This document shows positions 24,901 to 37,834 of a stretch of DNA of 64,000 nucleotides, piece after piece. A program made the translations under genes and the position numbers. Every line of letters starts with the position of its first letter. Positions within the stretch are counted from its first letter, which is position 1. This DNA comes from Octopus vulgaris (Eukaryota). The stretch spans positions 163,308,001 through 163,372,000 of the forward strand of contig OX597814.1 of assembly GCA_951406725.2 (NCBI GenBank), written 5' to 3'. The notes under the pieces were generated by a model that worked only from the letters and a program-made list of their open reading frames with translations, ran no database searches and was not told the origin of the DNA.

Positions 24901-27900
24901 AGGTCTCAAGTTGTTAGATCAGGCAATGAAAGTCACTGAGAGGGTCATAGCCCAAATAATTAGGGAGAGAGTGAGTTTAAATGGGATGCAGTTTGGGTTT
25001 ATGCCAAGGTAAAGCACTACAGATGCTATATTTCTGGTAAGACAGTTGCAGGAGAAATACCTAGCCCAAGATAAACCTCTGTACTTGGCTTTCATTGACA
25101 TGGAGAAAGCCTTTGACAGGGTCCCCCAATCCCTTATCTGGTGGTCAGTGCAGAGGCTGGAGATAGATGAGTGGTTAGTGAGACCTGTAAAAGCCATGTA
25201 CAGGGATGCTGTCAGTAAGCTGAGGGTTGGCAACGAGTATAGAGAAGAATTCCAAGTAGGGGTAGGGGCCCACTAAAGATCAGTCCTCCATTCAATAACA
25301 GAGGAATTCAAGACAGGATGCTCCTGGGAGCTTCTCTAAGCTGATGACCTTGCTCTAATAGTTGAGTCACTATCAGAACTAGAAGAGAAGTTTCAGGTGT
25401 GGAAGCAAGGTCTAGAATGAAGGGGCATTAGAGTTAATCTAGCGAAAACCAAAATCTTAGTAAGTAGGAAAGCAGACAAATCACAAATCCCTTCAGGTAG
25501 ATGGCCCTGCTTGATCTGTAGAAAAGGCGTAGGTGGAAACTCCATAAGATGTACCTTGTGTAAGCTATGGATACATAAGAGGTGCAGCAATATCATAGGA
25601 AGGTTAACTGGGAAGGTAGTTTTTGTGTGTGGCAAATGCTCAGGAGCAATAAACACAGAAAATGTGCAGAAAACAGCTTCCACCACATTCCAGGGAAAAA
25701 AGCTACAAGTAGTTGATAGCTTCCGTTACCTAGGTGACTAAGTCAGTAGCAGGGGTGGGTGCTCTGAGAGTGTAGCTACTGGAATAAGAAGAGCCTGGGC
25801 AAAGTTCAGAGAGTTCCTACCTCTGCTGGTGACAAAAGGCATTCTCACTCAGAGTAAAAGGTTGACTGTATGATGCATGTGTGCAAACAGCCATGCTGCA
25901 TGGCAGTGAAACATGGGCTGTGACTGCTGAGGACATCCGTAAGCTTGCAAGGAATGAAGCTACAATGCTCCTCACTGGATGTGTAATGTCCATGTGCATA
26001 CATGACAGAGTGTAAACACCTTGGATAGTTGGACATAAGAAGCATCAGTTATGGTGTGCAAGAGAGACGACTGCGCTTGTATGGTCATGTGTTGCATATG
26101 GATGGGGACAGCTGTGTGAAAAAGCGTCACATCCTAGCAGTAGAGGGAACCTGTGGAAGAGGTAGACCAAGGAGGATCTGGGATGAGGTGGTGAAACATG
26201 ACCTTCAAACATTGGGCCTTGCAGAGGTGATGACAAATGACCGAGATCTTTGGAGATATGCTGTGCTTGAGAAGACCCAGCAAGCCAAGTGAGACCGTAA
26301 CTGTGGCCTATGCCAGTGCAACATAACCGGCCCATTTAAGAGTACCCTTCAATCATTGGGCAATAACCTGCACTTGTGAAAACCTGTTGAGTCAAGTCAT
26401 TGTCGTGGCTGATGACAGTACCACCTGACTGCTCCCATGCCAGCGGTACATAAAAAGCACCATTTGAGCGCAGTCATTGCCAGTGCTGCCTGACTGGCTC
26501 CTGTGCCAGTGGCACATAAAAAGTACTATTCGAGTGTGTTCGTTACCAGTGCTGCTTGACTGGCTCCTGTGCCGGTGGTACGTAAAAAGCACCCACTACA
26601 CTCTTGGAGTGGTTGGCGTTAGGAAGGACATCCAGCTATAGAAACTTTGCCAGATCAGATTGGAGCCTGGTGCAGCCATCTGGCTTGCCATCCCTCAGTC
26701 AAACCTCCAACCCATGCTGGCATGGAAAGCAGACGTTAAATGACGATAATGATGATGACTTTAGCTACTGTAGTGGTAAGATTTGGAAATAAATGAAACA
26801 TTACTTCATTACACAACTCTTGAATTAACAATTTGTCATTTTTCCATAGAGTTGGTGTTGTTATATGGTAAATATATGTTTGCCATGCTTTATATTCACT
26901 AATCAGAATTTTCCAGTAAATATAAGTTTGTTCAGCAGATGTTGTATGAAATGAGGGTAGGTTTTGATGATGAAAGAAGTTTCCTAAACAAGAATCTCAA
27001 ATCTAAAATGCTGAACTTGCAGTATTAAAGTATACTGTAAAATTTCTCCAAAGTGATAAATAAATAATAAATGAGAAAAAGTTATTAGTATAATGTAAAA
27101 TATTATAAGTAGACATAGCACATCTACACACAAAAAAATGTATCATACATACAGGCCCACACACACAGGAAATTCACAGAATTTTTGAAAAAGTAAGAAG
27201 TGGTTTAAGATCAGACAAAAGCAAATACATATGTAATTTATTCTCTATTCATAAGTTATATAATCCTTAATGTTGAAATCAACTTCAAAGAAATGGTTTT
27301 TATATAAATATTTTTTAAAACATTTTAGTTAGTTTTTATGTGGTGTAGGGAACAAGAACTAATTATCTAAATTGAGAATGCATACTGATCAGCAATTCTA
27401 CAATTTGAACATTTCCCTCATAGAAAATAGTGTATTCTTCGGTGCTATTTTGAATGCTTCATTCAATAGATTTCTGTACCATTTATATGTGAAATAGCCT
27501 TTATTCATCGGAGTTAAATTAAATAGAACCATTTGGCATTTTTTCTTTTATTACTGAATTTTTTTAAAAACATGAACATTTGGACTGTTGACTTCATTTA
27601 AGCATTTTTTAGTGTCAGAATTTTTGTCGCACTAATTATGATTTTGTCACAAGGTTCCACTGTGACAAAGTGAAGTTAAGTTTTTGAATGGTTAATATGT
27701 GTCTTCCACGTTGTAATTGATCATGTAATTATCTTAGATGCAAATGATAGTATTAAATTAAGGAAGATAAAGATTTTATTTTAAAATATGTTTAAGTAGC
27801 AATCAAGACAATTTTACAGTTGCCTATGAGCCATTTTAGCTTAGAAAGTTCAAAAGAAAAATGTGTATTATTATGATGTTTATAATATTAGTTTAAGAGG

Positions 27901-30900
27901 ATTAACTTAAATTTAATTAAAATTTTAGAAAATACAATCTTTTATATTTTTAAAGTGATTTTTATTAATAGCCATTTTCAATTCAGACACCAAAGTCGTA
28001 TATATATCATCTTCAATATCAAAAGAATGAACTATATTTCAATATAGTTATTCTTTTAAATGTACTCCAAGTTTTAATTTTTCTTTTTTCGTTTTCTTTA
28101 GAGCTCTTGGATTTGGTGCAACAAGAGGTCGACTATATATAAAGCATCCAGAATTATTCAAAGTAAGTTCTCTTTGGTTCGTTCTATATTCGTTGATTTG
28201 TTCCTTTTACTTAATTGTCTTCTACTCTTGAAGTTGTTGTTTTGTTGAAAGATGGCATTTCTGCCAATCCTGCCAATTTCAGGACTATTTTAGAGCAGTG
28301 ATTTTGCATTGGCCCCTCCCAATGCAAGACTTTGACTGAATACAGAGTTAAAGTCTTGCCATGTGGTTGAAAGAGGCCAATGGGAAATCACTACACTAAA
28401 ATAATCCTGAAATTGGTAGGATTGGCAGAAATGCTAACCAAACCAATGAGGGAACCTGTGGTTGCTCATTCTGATTGTAATACCAAACAGATTTCCCTCA
28501 AATCATATCCTCACATCTTAAAAACAGTAAGACATATTGAATACACTATACCTAACAATAAAAAAGAATGGATAGTCATGGCTGGAAAACTCTTAACTAT
28601 GAATTTGCTCATCAGAGTGGACTTGGTACTAAACAATTATAAACTAACAAAATACTCAACTCATATGAAATAGTCCTGTTGGTGACTTCAGTGAGATATC
28701 CAAATTTTGGTGTGTTAGCCATGGACACATTATAGTACTAGAATATGCATACATAAATTTGTGTTTTGTGTAAGAAAAATTACTTTTTCTCACATATAGT
28801 TTGTTCATTTATTTGGTTTTACATCCAATTTTCCATGCTAGTATAAGTTAGTGGACTACACATTGTTGAAGCATTGTTTTACAGCTGGATGCTCCATCTG
28901 CTGTTAATCCTTGTCTGTTTTTCTCAAGCAAGGGAATATTTCATTTTCCATGTCTTTGAAAGCACCAAACTACCAGACAATTTGTTGATGGGGAAATGGT
29001 AACAGAGAACACTAACCATAACTCATAGAAATGTAGAATGTAAACATTCTTAGATATGTGCACGCATGTACTTATACATAGGCACAGGAGTGGCTGTGTG
29101 GTTGGTAGCTGGCTTACCAACCACATGGTTCTGGGTTCATTCCCACTGTGTGGCACCTTGGACAAGTGTCTTTTACTATAGCCTCGGGCTGACCAAAGCC
29201 TTGTGAGTGGATTTGGTAGACGGAAACTGAAAGAAGCCCGTCGTATATATGTGTGTATATATATATATGTATGTGTGTGTATATGTTTGTGTGTCTGTGT
29301 TTGTCCCCCCCAACATCGCTTGACAACCGATGCTGGTGTGTTTACGTCCCCATAACTTAGCGGTCCGGCAAAAGAGACTGATAGAATAAGTACCAGGCTT
29401 ACAAAGAATAAGTCCTGGGGTCGATTTGCTCGACTAAATGCAGTGCTTCAGCATGGCCACAGTCAAATGACGGAAACAAGTAAAAGTGTAAAGAGTAAGA
29501 GTATATAAATACTGTGTGTGTGTATCCCGCTCAGTTGCACGGTCTTGTCTTGTGGCTATTTGATGATTTCACTAGTTCTGGTGCCACAAAAAACAGTACT
29601 CAGCATCCAATACCCTCTATGAAGTGGTTGGCATTAGGAAGGGCATGCCAGAGAGAACATTGATCGTAGCAGGTGGAGAAGGATTGTGCATGAGGGGACA
29701 GCCACTTTTGAGAAATCTCGAGTTGCACATGAGAAAGTAAGGAGGGATGTCAGGAAGGGCATCACTGTTGCACTTCCTGAAGGGAAGGGTCTTCCTTTGT
29801 TGCTGACATGCAATGTCTGTGCAAGACCCTGCCTCAGTAAAGCTGGACTCAAGAGTCATCTTCGTAGTCATAAAATAAGACAGATGAATGACAACCTGGC
29901 CACTGGTGGTGGTGTAACACACCATGCTAATCATATCTGTCGGGCATGTGGAAGAGAGTGTAATTCGGCAGGAGGACTTAAATGACGTGCAAAGGTACAT
30001 GAAGCCCAGTTACAACTACAGCCGGCTATTACCAGTAAAGGTTTTAGGTGCCAATTTTGTACAAGACATTGTAGATCTTTAGCTGGGCTAAAAAGTCACA
30101 TTCGATCACAGCACCAGTAACAGTTAAGCTTTATGCAATGGCCATACTCGATAACGAGGGGGCAGCCATAATATATGTACTAAATTTACCCACAAGGCAT
30201 TGGTTGAAATAGTAGAAGTCATTTGTAGAAGTTAACTCACATCTTTTCCCACTGTTTACTTGGGGAAAATTCATGTTACTGAAACATCAGTATAAACCGC
30301 AAATACACAAATGAGTACATATCATTTGTGTCAGATACGAAAGGACAGAATCTCAAACCCATTTGAGAGTCTCTCTGAAGTGAGGAAGTTATCAGAACAG
30401 TAACCTGATGTGAAGGCACCATCTTAGGACCAAGGTGGTGGTGTGTAGCAGATTAAATCTGCTACTATCTCCCAAATTTTATTCACAAGGCTTTGGTTAG
30501 CTCAAAGCTACAGTGAGAGACAGTTAGTCCAAGTGCTGCACTATGAGATCAACACTCAAATTTATGTGTAGTGAAGTGAACTTCTTAAGTATACAGTCAT
30601 GCCTGCTCCCATTAAATAGATAATAGATAAATATTGTCTGCTTACTAAAGAAGACTTTATCTGAAACAGATTAAAATTACAGATATAAAAGCTCAGATGT
30701 AACAACTCAAAAACCCTGCTTAATATTTTGATGAGACAATCATTTATGCCTTCTTTGAATAACTGGTTGTAAGTATTTACAGGGTGTTCAGGCTAAATTT
30801 GACAGTTTGTCTAAAAAGAAACACAGTATCCCATCCAAAAATACAAATATTTTAGAATATTAAAAAAAATATCAAATAGATTATAGCTGAGAGATAACGG

Positions 30901-33900
30901 TTTACTCAAAGTAGCCACTCTCAGCTTCCACCATGGCTTGAAGTTGGTTCTGGAACCTGACACATGTTCCTCACTGTGTCCTTGGGAAGATCTTCGAATA
31001 CTTCCTTGATCTTGGCCACCAGCTCAGCTTTGATGTTGCAGGCAGAGCAGTTGATATCTTTATCAATGCACCCCATACATTGTAATCAATGGAATTACAA
31101 TATAGGGAATTAGGAGGCCAGAAATTGGGGTAAGGCAGTGAGCTGGCAGAAATGTTAGCACGCCGGGCAAAATGCTTAACGGTATTTTGTCTGCTGTTAC
31201 GTTCTGAGTTCAAATTCTGCTGAGGTCAACTTCGCCTTTCATCTTTTTGGGGTCGATTAAATAAGCACTGGGGTCAATGTAATTGACTTAATACCTTTGT
31301 CTGTCCTTGTTTGTCCCCTCTGTGTGTAGCTCCTTGTGAGCAGTAAAGAAATGATAAATATGGGGCTGATTAAGTTGTAGAAATTCTGACAACTACAGCT
31401 GACTCTTTCTGGCAGTATGGCTAGAAGCCAAATCATTGCTCCTACGCATATGGCCTTCCAGCAGCAACACTGTCCTGCTAGAGGTTGACCAGTCTCCAGC
31501 AGCTTCACATAGTTACCTGAATTAAGCCTAAGGCTTTGTTTAAAGTTGTGGGGATGAATTCTGGTGTGCGGACATAGTTGGAATACCTGGGTTGTCTCTT
31601 CCTGCTGGTTACAGCTTTATAGTCTCCATTGCAACTGTCCATATCATGTCTTACAGCTTTTACAGTGTTCACAAAGCACTAAGCAGCAGTGATGATGACA
31701 TCACTTACCCAGTGCAAATCGTCATGATACAGGTAACTTTTTAACTGTATTCAGATGGTTTATAAGTCCAACATGGCAGCTATTTTTCTCAACTATAATT
31801 TTAATCTTTATGTTCTCCAACATTGCTGACTGTTCCTGAAAAAGGGTTGTCATAAAAATCATCAAATTTAGTCTGAACATTCTTTATTATAATTTTTATG
31901 TAAATGTATTCATTTTTATATGAAATACATGTGTATGTAAATCTGTATTCTTTACAGTACTCTGGAGACCAAGATGATAAACAGTGGTTATTTGATAACC
32001 ACCATATGCCTGCTATCGGAGGAAAAGCCTATATATTGTTATATAATGACATCGAAAACCTTGCTAATACTGATGAATATCGGTAAGTTGAGATGCTTTA
32101 TTTAAAGTTAAAATAACAAGCATTGTGTATCATAAATATAAATAATACCTTGAATAATTTAAAATTTTCTTTTGACAATTTTATTCTTTATTCTTTTATG
32201 TTTTGGTTTTGATATAATGTACTTTCTTTATGCTTTATTCCCTGTAACTTTATTATTTCTTTTTATTTCAGTAACTATTTGGCAATTTGGCACTTCCTAC
32301 TTTAGATATTAGAATGTATTGTTATATATTAAAACATAATAGCTTATTGTATAGTAGCTTTTTTTAATTACTGTTCCAATTTTTATTATTTGATTGTACT
32401 AGTAATTTATTAATTTTGTCATTCAATTTTCATAATGGCTTAGTAATTATTATGAGTGTAATATCATCATTATCATTGTACACCCATCTTCCTAGCATGA
32501 GCTGGTTATGTTTCACATCTCATCACCCCCACTCCTTTGTCATCTGGTACACATGACAACAAAGAAAACCTAACCAACTGTATTGCTGTGTATCTCATTA
32601 TTTTTAGCATGATTTTTATGGCTGGTTGCACTTCCTATCAACAGCCACTTTACAATGTAGACATATTAGTAATTGTAATTAAATCAAAAAACTAATAATT
32701 ATATAATTATGATGAGATAAGAGACTTTTTGCTCCTTTATTCTTAAGTTAGTAATTTCAAAAATAAAATATATTTCTGCCACTTTGCCAAATTAAACTAT
32801 ATTTTTAACTTTAATTATTTATTGTTCTAAAATATTAAAGTTTTTTTAGGGTTTTTTGTTTTGTGGACTTTTTGTTTTTGTTTGTTTTTTTGACACATTA
32901 ATTTCAAGCTTTTGTCTTGATGTTTTAGTTCTTTATGTCATATGAAAGAACTATATACTGACATTGTAAGACACCAAGCTACCAATATTCACCAAGCCCC
33001 CTCGCCCCACTTACCTCTTTCTACTGTTGAAGTGTTTAGTAACACTTGTCAGCATTGATCAAGCATATGCTGTACAGCATTGAAAAATTGTGTCACCATT
33101 ATAATTTGGACATCCTAGCTTTTGCACTGTCAGTTAACACTTAAACATATGTCCAGAGTATACTATAGTGCCAGAGGCAAGAAAGAAAGCCATGTCAACA
33201 GAAACAATGCTTTATTTATTCAGCTAGTGTGACTCATTACTTATCTTGACAGAATATACAAAGTTTTGTTTGAAATTTAAAACGATTAGTTGATGTATTT
33301 GGTTTGCTTCTCTTAAAAACACTAAAAATATTGGTGAGATGAATTTAACTTGACTTTTGTTTTTTTTGTTTTTTTTCTATTTTCTATATTTGAAGCAAGT
33401 CTGTTGCTTTGTGCTTCGTCTGAATTTGAATGACATCAAAACAATTTGACTAATGTCAAATTTTCTATTCTACAGGGAAAATCCCAATGTGATACTCACT
33501 GAATTGGTGCTTTTCAAGGTTCCTCTTTGGATGTTAGAAAAGATGAAAATACAAATGAATGCTTTACGTACAGATCTTCCTAAAACCAAAACTCCAAGCA
33601 TAAACAATATACATTCCAACGATACAATTATTTCATTGACTAAAGAAGTACAACCAGCAGTCGTTCAGGTAAATTACTAAACTCCTTTATCTAAGACAAT
33701 CTAAACTATATTTACTGCATAAGCAGTAACCTAACATTAATAATTACGTTCTTAACTCATCTCCCAATTATGAGTGTTTACAGAGGTTACTGCAACAAAA
33801 CTTTTCCTTAATCATTACAAGCTAGGTTGAAAACAAGTTGGAAAATGAATGTATCATAGATTCTGAAGAATGACAGTAAGGAAACTGAAAGAGACTTTGG

Positions 33901-36900
33901 CCAGACATAAGTAGTTGATGCACATGACAAGAAGGGGTAGGAGATAAAAGCTTATAATATAGAGAGCATTTAGGAGGCACTCAGCTGCAGACTACTGACC
34001 AGACTTGTGACTGGTGCAAAGTTTTTGCCAGACAAAATGTGACATGGTAGTGGAATAGTACAGGAGATAAAGTCATAGAAGCTGAAAGGAAAGTAGGAAC
34101 AAGGAACAATATCAAATAGAAGAGAAGCTAGATGTCAGGTGTATGTACCACAAGTAAACCCAACAGAACAACCATATATTTAAAGTTGACAGTTATACAC
34201 TCAAATGTGTAATTAAGATATGATGACATGAAAAGCAGCTGGACCATCAGGGATGGTTGCTGAAATGGTGAAAATACCCAATAATAATGTTAGTCAGTAA
34301 GATAATATAAAGACATGTCATATCCAGTGACTGATGTAACAGTATCATCAATACCAGCTACAAAGGCAAAGAAGACATTCTAGAAAGAAGCCACAACAGA
34401 AGCATCAAACTGACGGACCACGTTAAGAAAATAACGGAAATAGTTATGATTAGTAAAAGAGGCAGATTAGATAAGATGTAGTTCAGGTTTGTGACAGAAT
34501 AGGGTACTACTAATGCACTCTTCATAATGAAACAACTTCAGAAGTTCTTAGCTTTAGAGCAAGCAACTTCATCCAGCATTCATTTACCTGGAGAAGGTTT
34601 TGACAGGCTACCACACTCTGTAGTCTGTCTTGTGGTTGCTAAGAAAACTAGTTGATGAATGGCTTGTATGAACTGTGCAAGACATATACAGAGATGCCAT
34701 CAAGAAAGTGAAAGCCAACAATGAGTTCAGTGAGGAGTTTAGCTTGAAGGTAGGTGTCCATCAGGATTTGGTTCTTAGCCTCCTACTATTTACTATAGTT
34801 CTCCAGGTTATAACAGAGGTGTTTAAGACTTCACATCAATCAGAACTCCTGTATGTTGATGAACTGTTTCTTATAGTTGAATTTGCTGAAGATTTAGAGA
34901 AAAAAATTTCAAATATAGAAGCAATAACTAGAACCAAGAAGCCTCAAAGTAATCATCATCATCATCATTTAATGTCCGCTTTCCAGGCTGGCATGGCTTG
35001 GATGGTTTGACTGAAAACTAGTAAGCCAAGGGGCTGCACCAGATTCCAATCTGATTTAGCAAAGTTTCTTTGGTTGGATGCCCTTCCTACTGCCAACCAC
35101 TCCGAGAATGTAGTGGGTGTTTTTTATGTGCCACCAGCACAGGTGCCATTGATCTGACACCGGCATTGGCCATGACTACAGTCTCACTTGGCTTGACAGG
35201 TCTACACAAGCACAGTATATCGCCAAAGGTCTTGGTCTTCTGTCATTGCCTCCATGAGGCTCAACACTCAAGCAGTGCTTTTTACATGCAACCAGCATGG
35301 ATGCCAGTCAGATGGCACAGGCATCAGTCACAACTACAATTTCATTTGGTTCAACAAGTCTTCACAAGCACAGCATATTGCCCAACAATTGAAGAGTGCT
35401 TTTAACAAGTTAGTTATGCAACACTGGCATTGGTTGCAACTACACCTGGCAAAAACAAAAGTTTTAATTAGCAGGAAAAAAAACAACTTAATTCCCATCT
35501 GAGAAGGGCCGTACTCAGTATGCATAGAAAAAAGTAGGTAGGTATTCTATAAAGTGTATCCTGTGTAAACTATAAACATACAAAAATGTATAGTAATGTC
35601 ATAGACAGTTTGATGGAGAAGATAAACTTTGACTAGATTTGATGTAAGGAGTAAGCTGTAAGAGCAGCTATGAAATATATTCTTTTAAATTCTTATAAGA
35701 TTCTTTAGAAGTAGTTGATAGATTTTGTTACCTAAGTAACCTTAATAAGTTGCCCTGGGTGTTCTGAAAACATTGTAGTCACAGTGAGAATTGGGTAGAA
35801 AACACTATTATGTGCCAGTAAGAAAGGTTTCTCACACCTGGTGAAGAGCAGATTGTATGATGCCTGGGAATGAATGTGATATTGCTTTGTAGCAAAACAT
35901 ATGCATTGAGTACAGAGTATGTGTGAAAGCTGGAAAGAGATGAGGTAAGCATGCTCTGCTGGTCATGCAATGTTAGCATGCATGAGTGGCAAAGCACAAA
36001 TGAGCTGAGAGAAAATCTGGGTATAAGAGGAATTAGATTAGAGAGAAGACTAAGGTAGTACAAATATGTGATGCATATGAACAGTGACTGTGGAGATGAA
36101 TTGCTTATGTGAGTCATATACAGTGATGCCAACAAAAAGAAGTACCAAATAATTCAAATGAAATGAAACTTCAGAAGAGAAAGACATAGTGATGAAAGCT
36201 GATCTCGAGTAACTCACAAAAGAAATTCTAGAGTATCCCTATCTCTCATCCTACAATCACACACTCCTCTTACCACTATCATCAATGCCTCTATCACTCA
36301 TGCTTCTGTATGAAAATACAGGTAAGCAAGCAGAGGCATGGAGTTGTGAGGTCCCTTTAGCTGTGTTGAGGACATAACTACTTCTCTAGTGCTGGCACTG
36401 CAAAAAACACACTCCGTATACTTTGTAAAATTATTGGTGTTAGGAAGGGCATCCAGTCGTAGAAATCAAGTGATAAATGAGGCACAAAGCAAGATGGGGG
36501 TCTTCCTATCCACCTTAAATGAGTAGTACCCCTGAATATAAGCTAACCCTAAACCAGGGTGGCTTGTCCAGAAAATAGAAGGTAGATGAAAAACAGTGGC
36601 ACTGAAAATGGTGGGGAAATTTATGCACATTCTGTAATTATATCTAAAACAGATTCATACCACAAGGTAAATGAGTATTCCCTCTCTCTCTCTCTCTTTC
36701 TCTCTCACTCTCTCTCTCTCTCTCACTCACTCACTCACTTACTCACTTACTCATCTGAGTGTTGCCTGTTTTATTCATTTGTTTTTTTACTGTTTAACTT
36801 CTTTAACCTTCAGTATAATTCAAAAAAGAAAATGTTGCTTAGCACTTTCTAAGGTCATTTGTTCCTTTGTTTTAAATAATACAATTTCCATTGCAAATAT

Positions 36901-37802
36901 CATGTTGTTTCAGTTCAGACAATTATCATGTAGGTACCTTCTATTTTCGCATCATGAGAAAATGAAACTTAGTCGAAATTTCTTATTGAAAATGAACATT
37001 TCTTTAGTAAACTTGTTTTTATTTATTTTTATTTTTTATATTGATATTCTTAAGTAATACTGCTGCAATTAGTACAACTTAACTATCTTGATTTAATTAA
37101 TCCTCTTACATTTGTAAATTCAATAAACTAGATACCTAAAGCTGCTGGTAGAGGCATAATATTTCAGTATTGACAATTAAAGGAATTTAATGTTTGCATG
37201 TCTTTATAGGTTGCTGAGCTAGATAAATAATGAACAAGTAGAGAAGATACATAACTTCTGGTTTAGATTGTTAAATCAGTATAGAAGAAAGGTAACTCAA
37301 TACCATACTATAATTAACATAAGCTAGCAAAGAAGCTTCTATGATGTTACTAAACCTGCTAGAAATAGCAGTTAAATTTCTCTCTACCATCTTAAATAAG
37401 GGAATCTCACAAGAAGAAAGTCCTAGAAATATCCCTTGAAAAAATGGAGTGTTTATGGCTGGAATGCCTCTATTCATACCTTTCTTTGATGGGAGTTGAC
37501 TTAGGGCTAAGCAGCATCAACTTTGACATCTAAAACTGATATATTCAGCGACTGGAGTTTTAGACTACATCATTATCATCATCATCATCATCATCTTAAT
37601 GTCCAGTTTTCCTTCTCTGCATGCATCAGATGGGGTTTATTGAGACAGATTTTCTACAGCCAGGTCTCCTTGTTGCCAACTTCTGTTTTGAAGCAAGACA
37701 TGTTTATGCAGAATATTGGATGAATAACATTCATTTACAAAAAATCCTGCAATGTCAAGACAAAGAATCAAACACACGTACACACACTCTCTCTTTCTCT
37801 CC

Positions 37803-37834
<32 letters not shown>

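Noticed and set aside
37210-37291. AG...GT-bounded segment that could be an extra DNTTIP1 exon
   Set aside because: In-frame TAA after six codons in the required phase.
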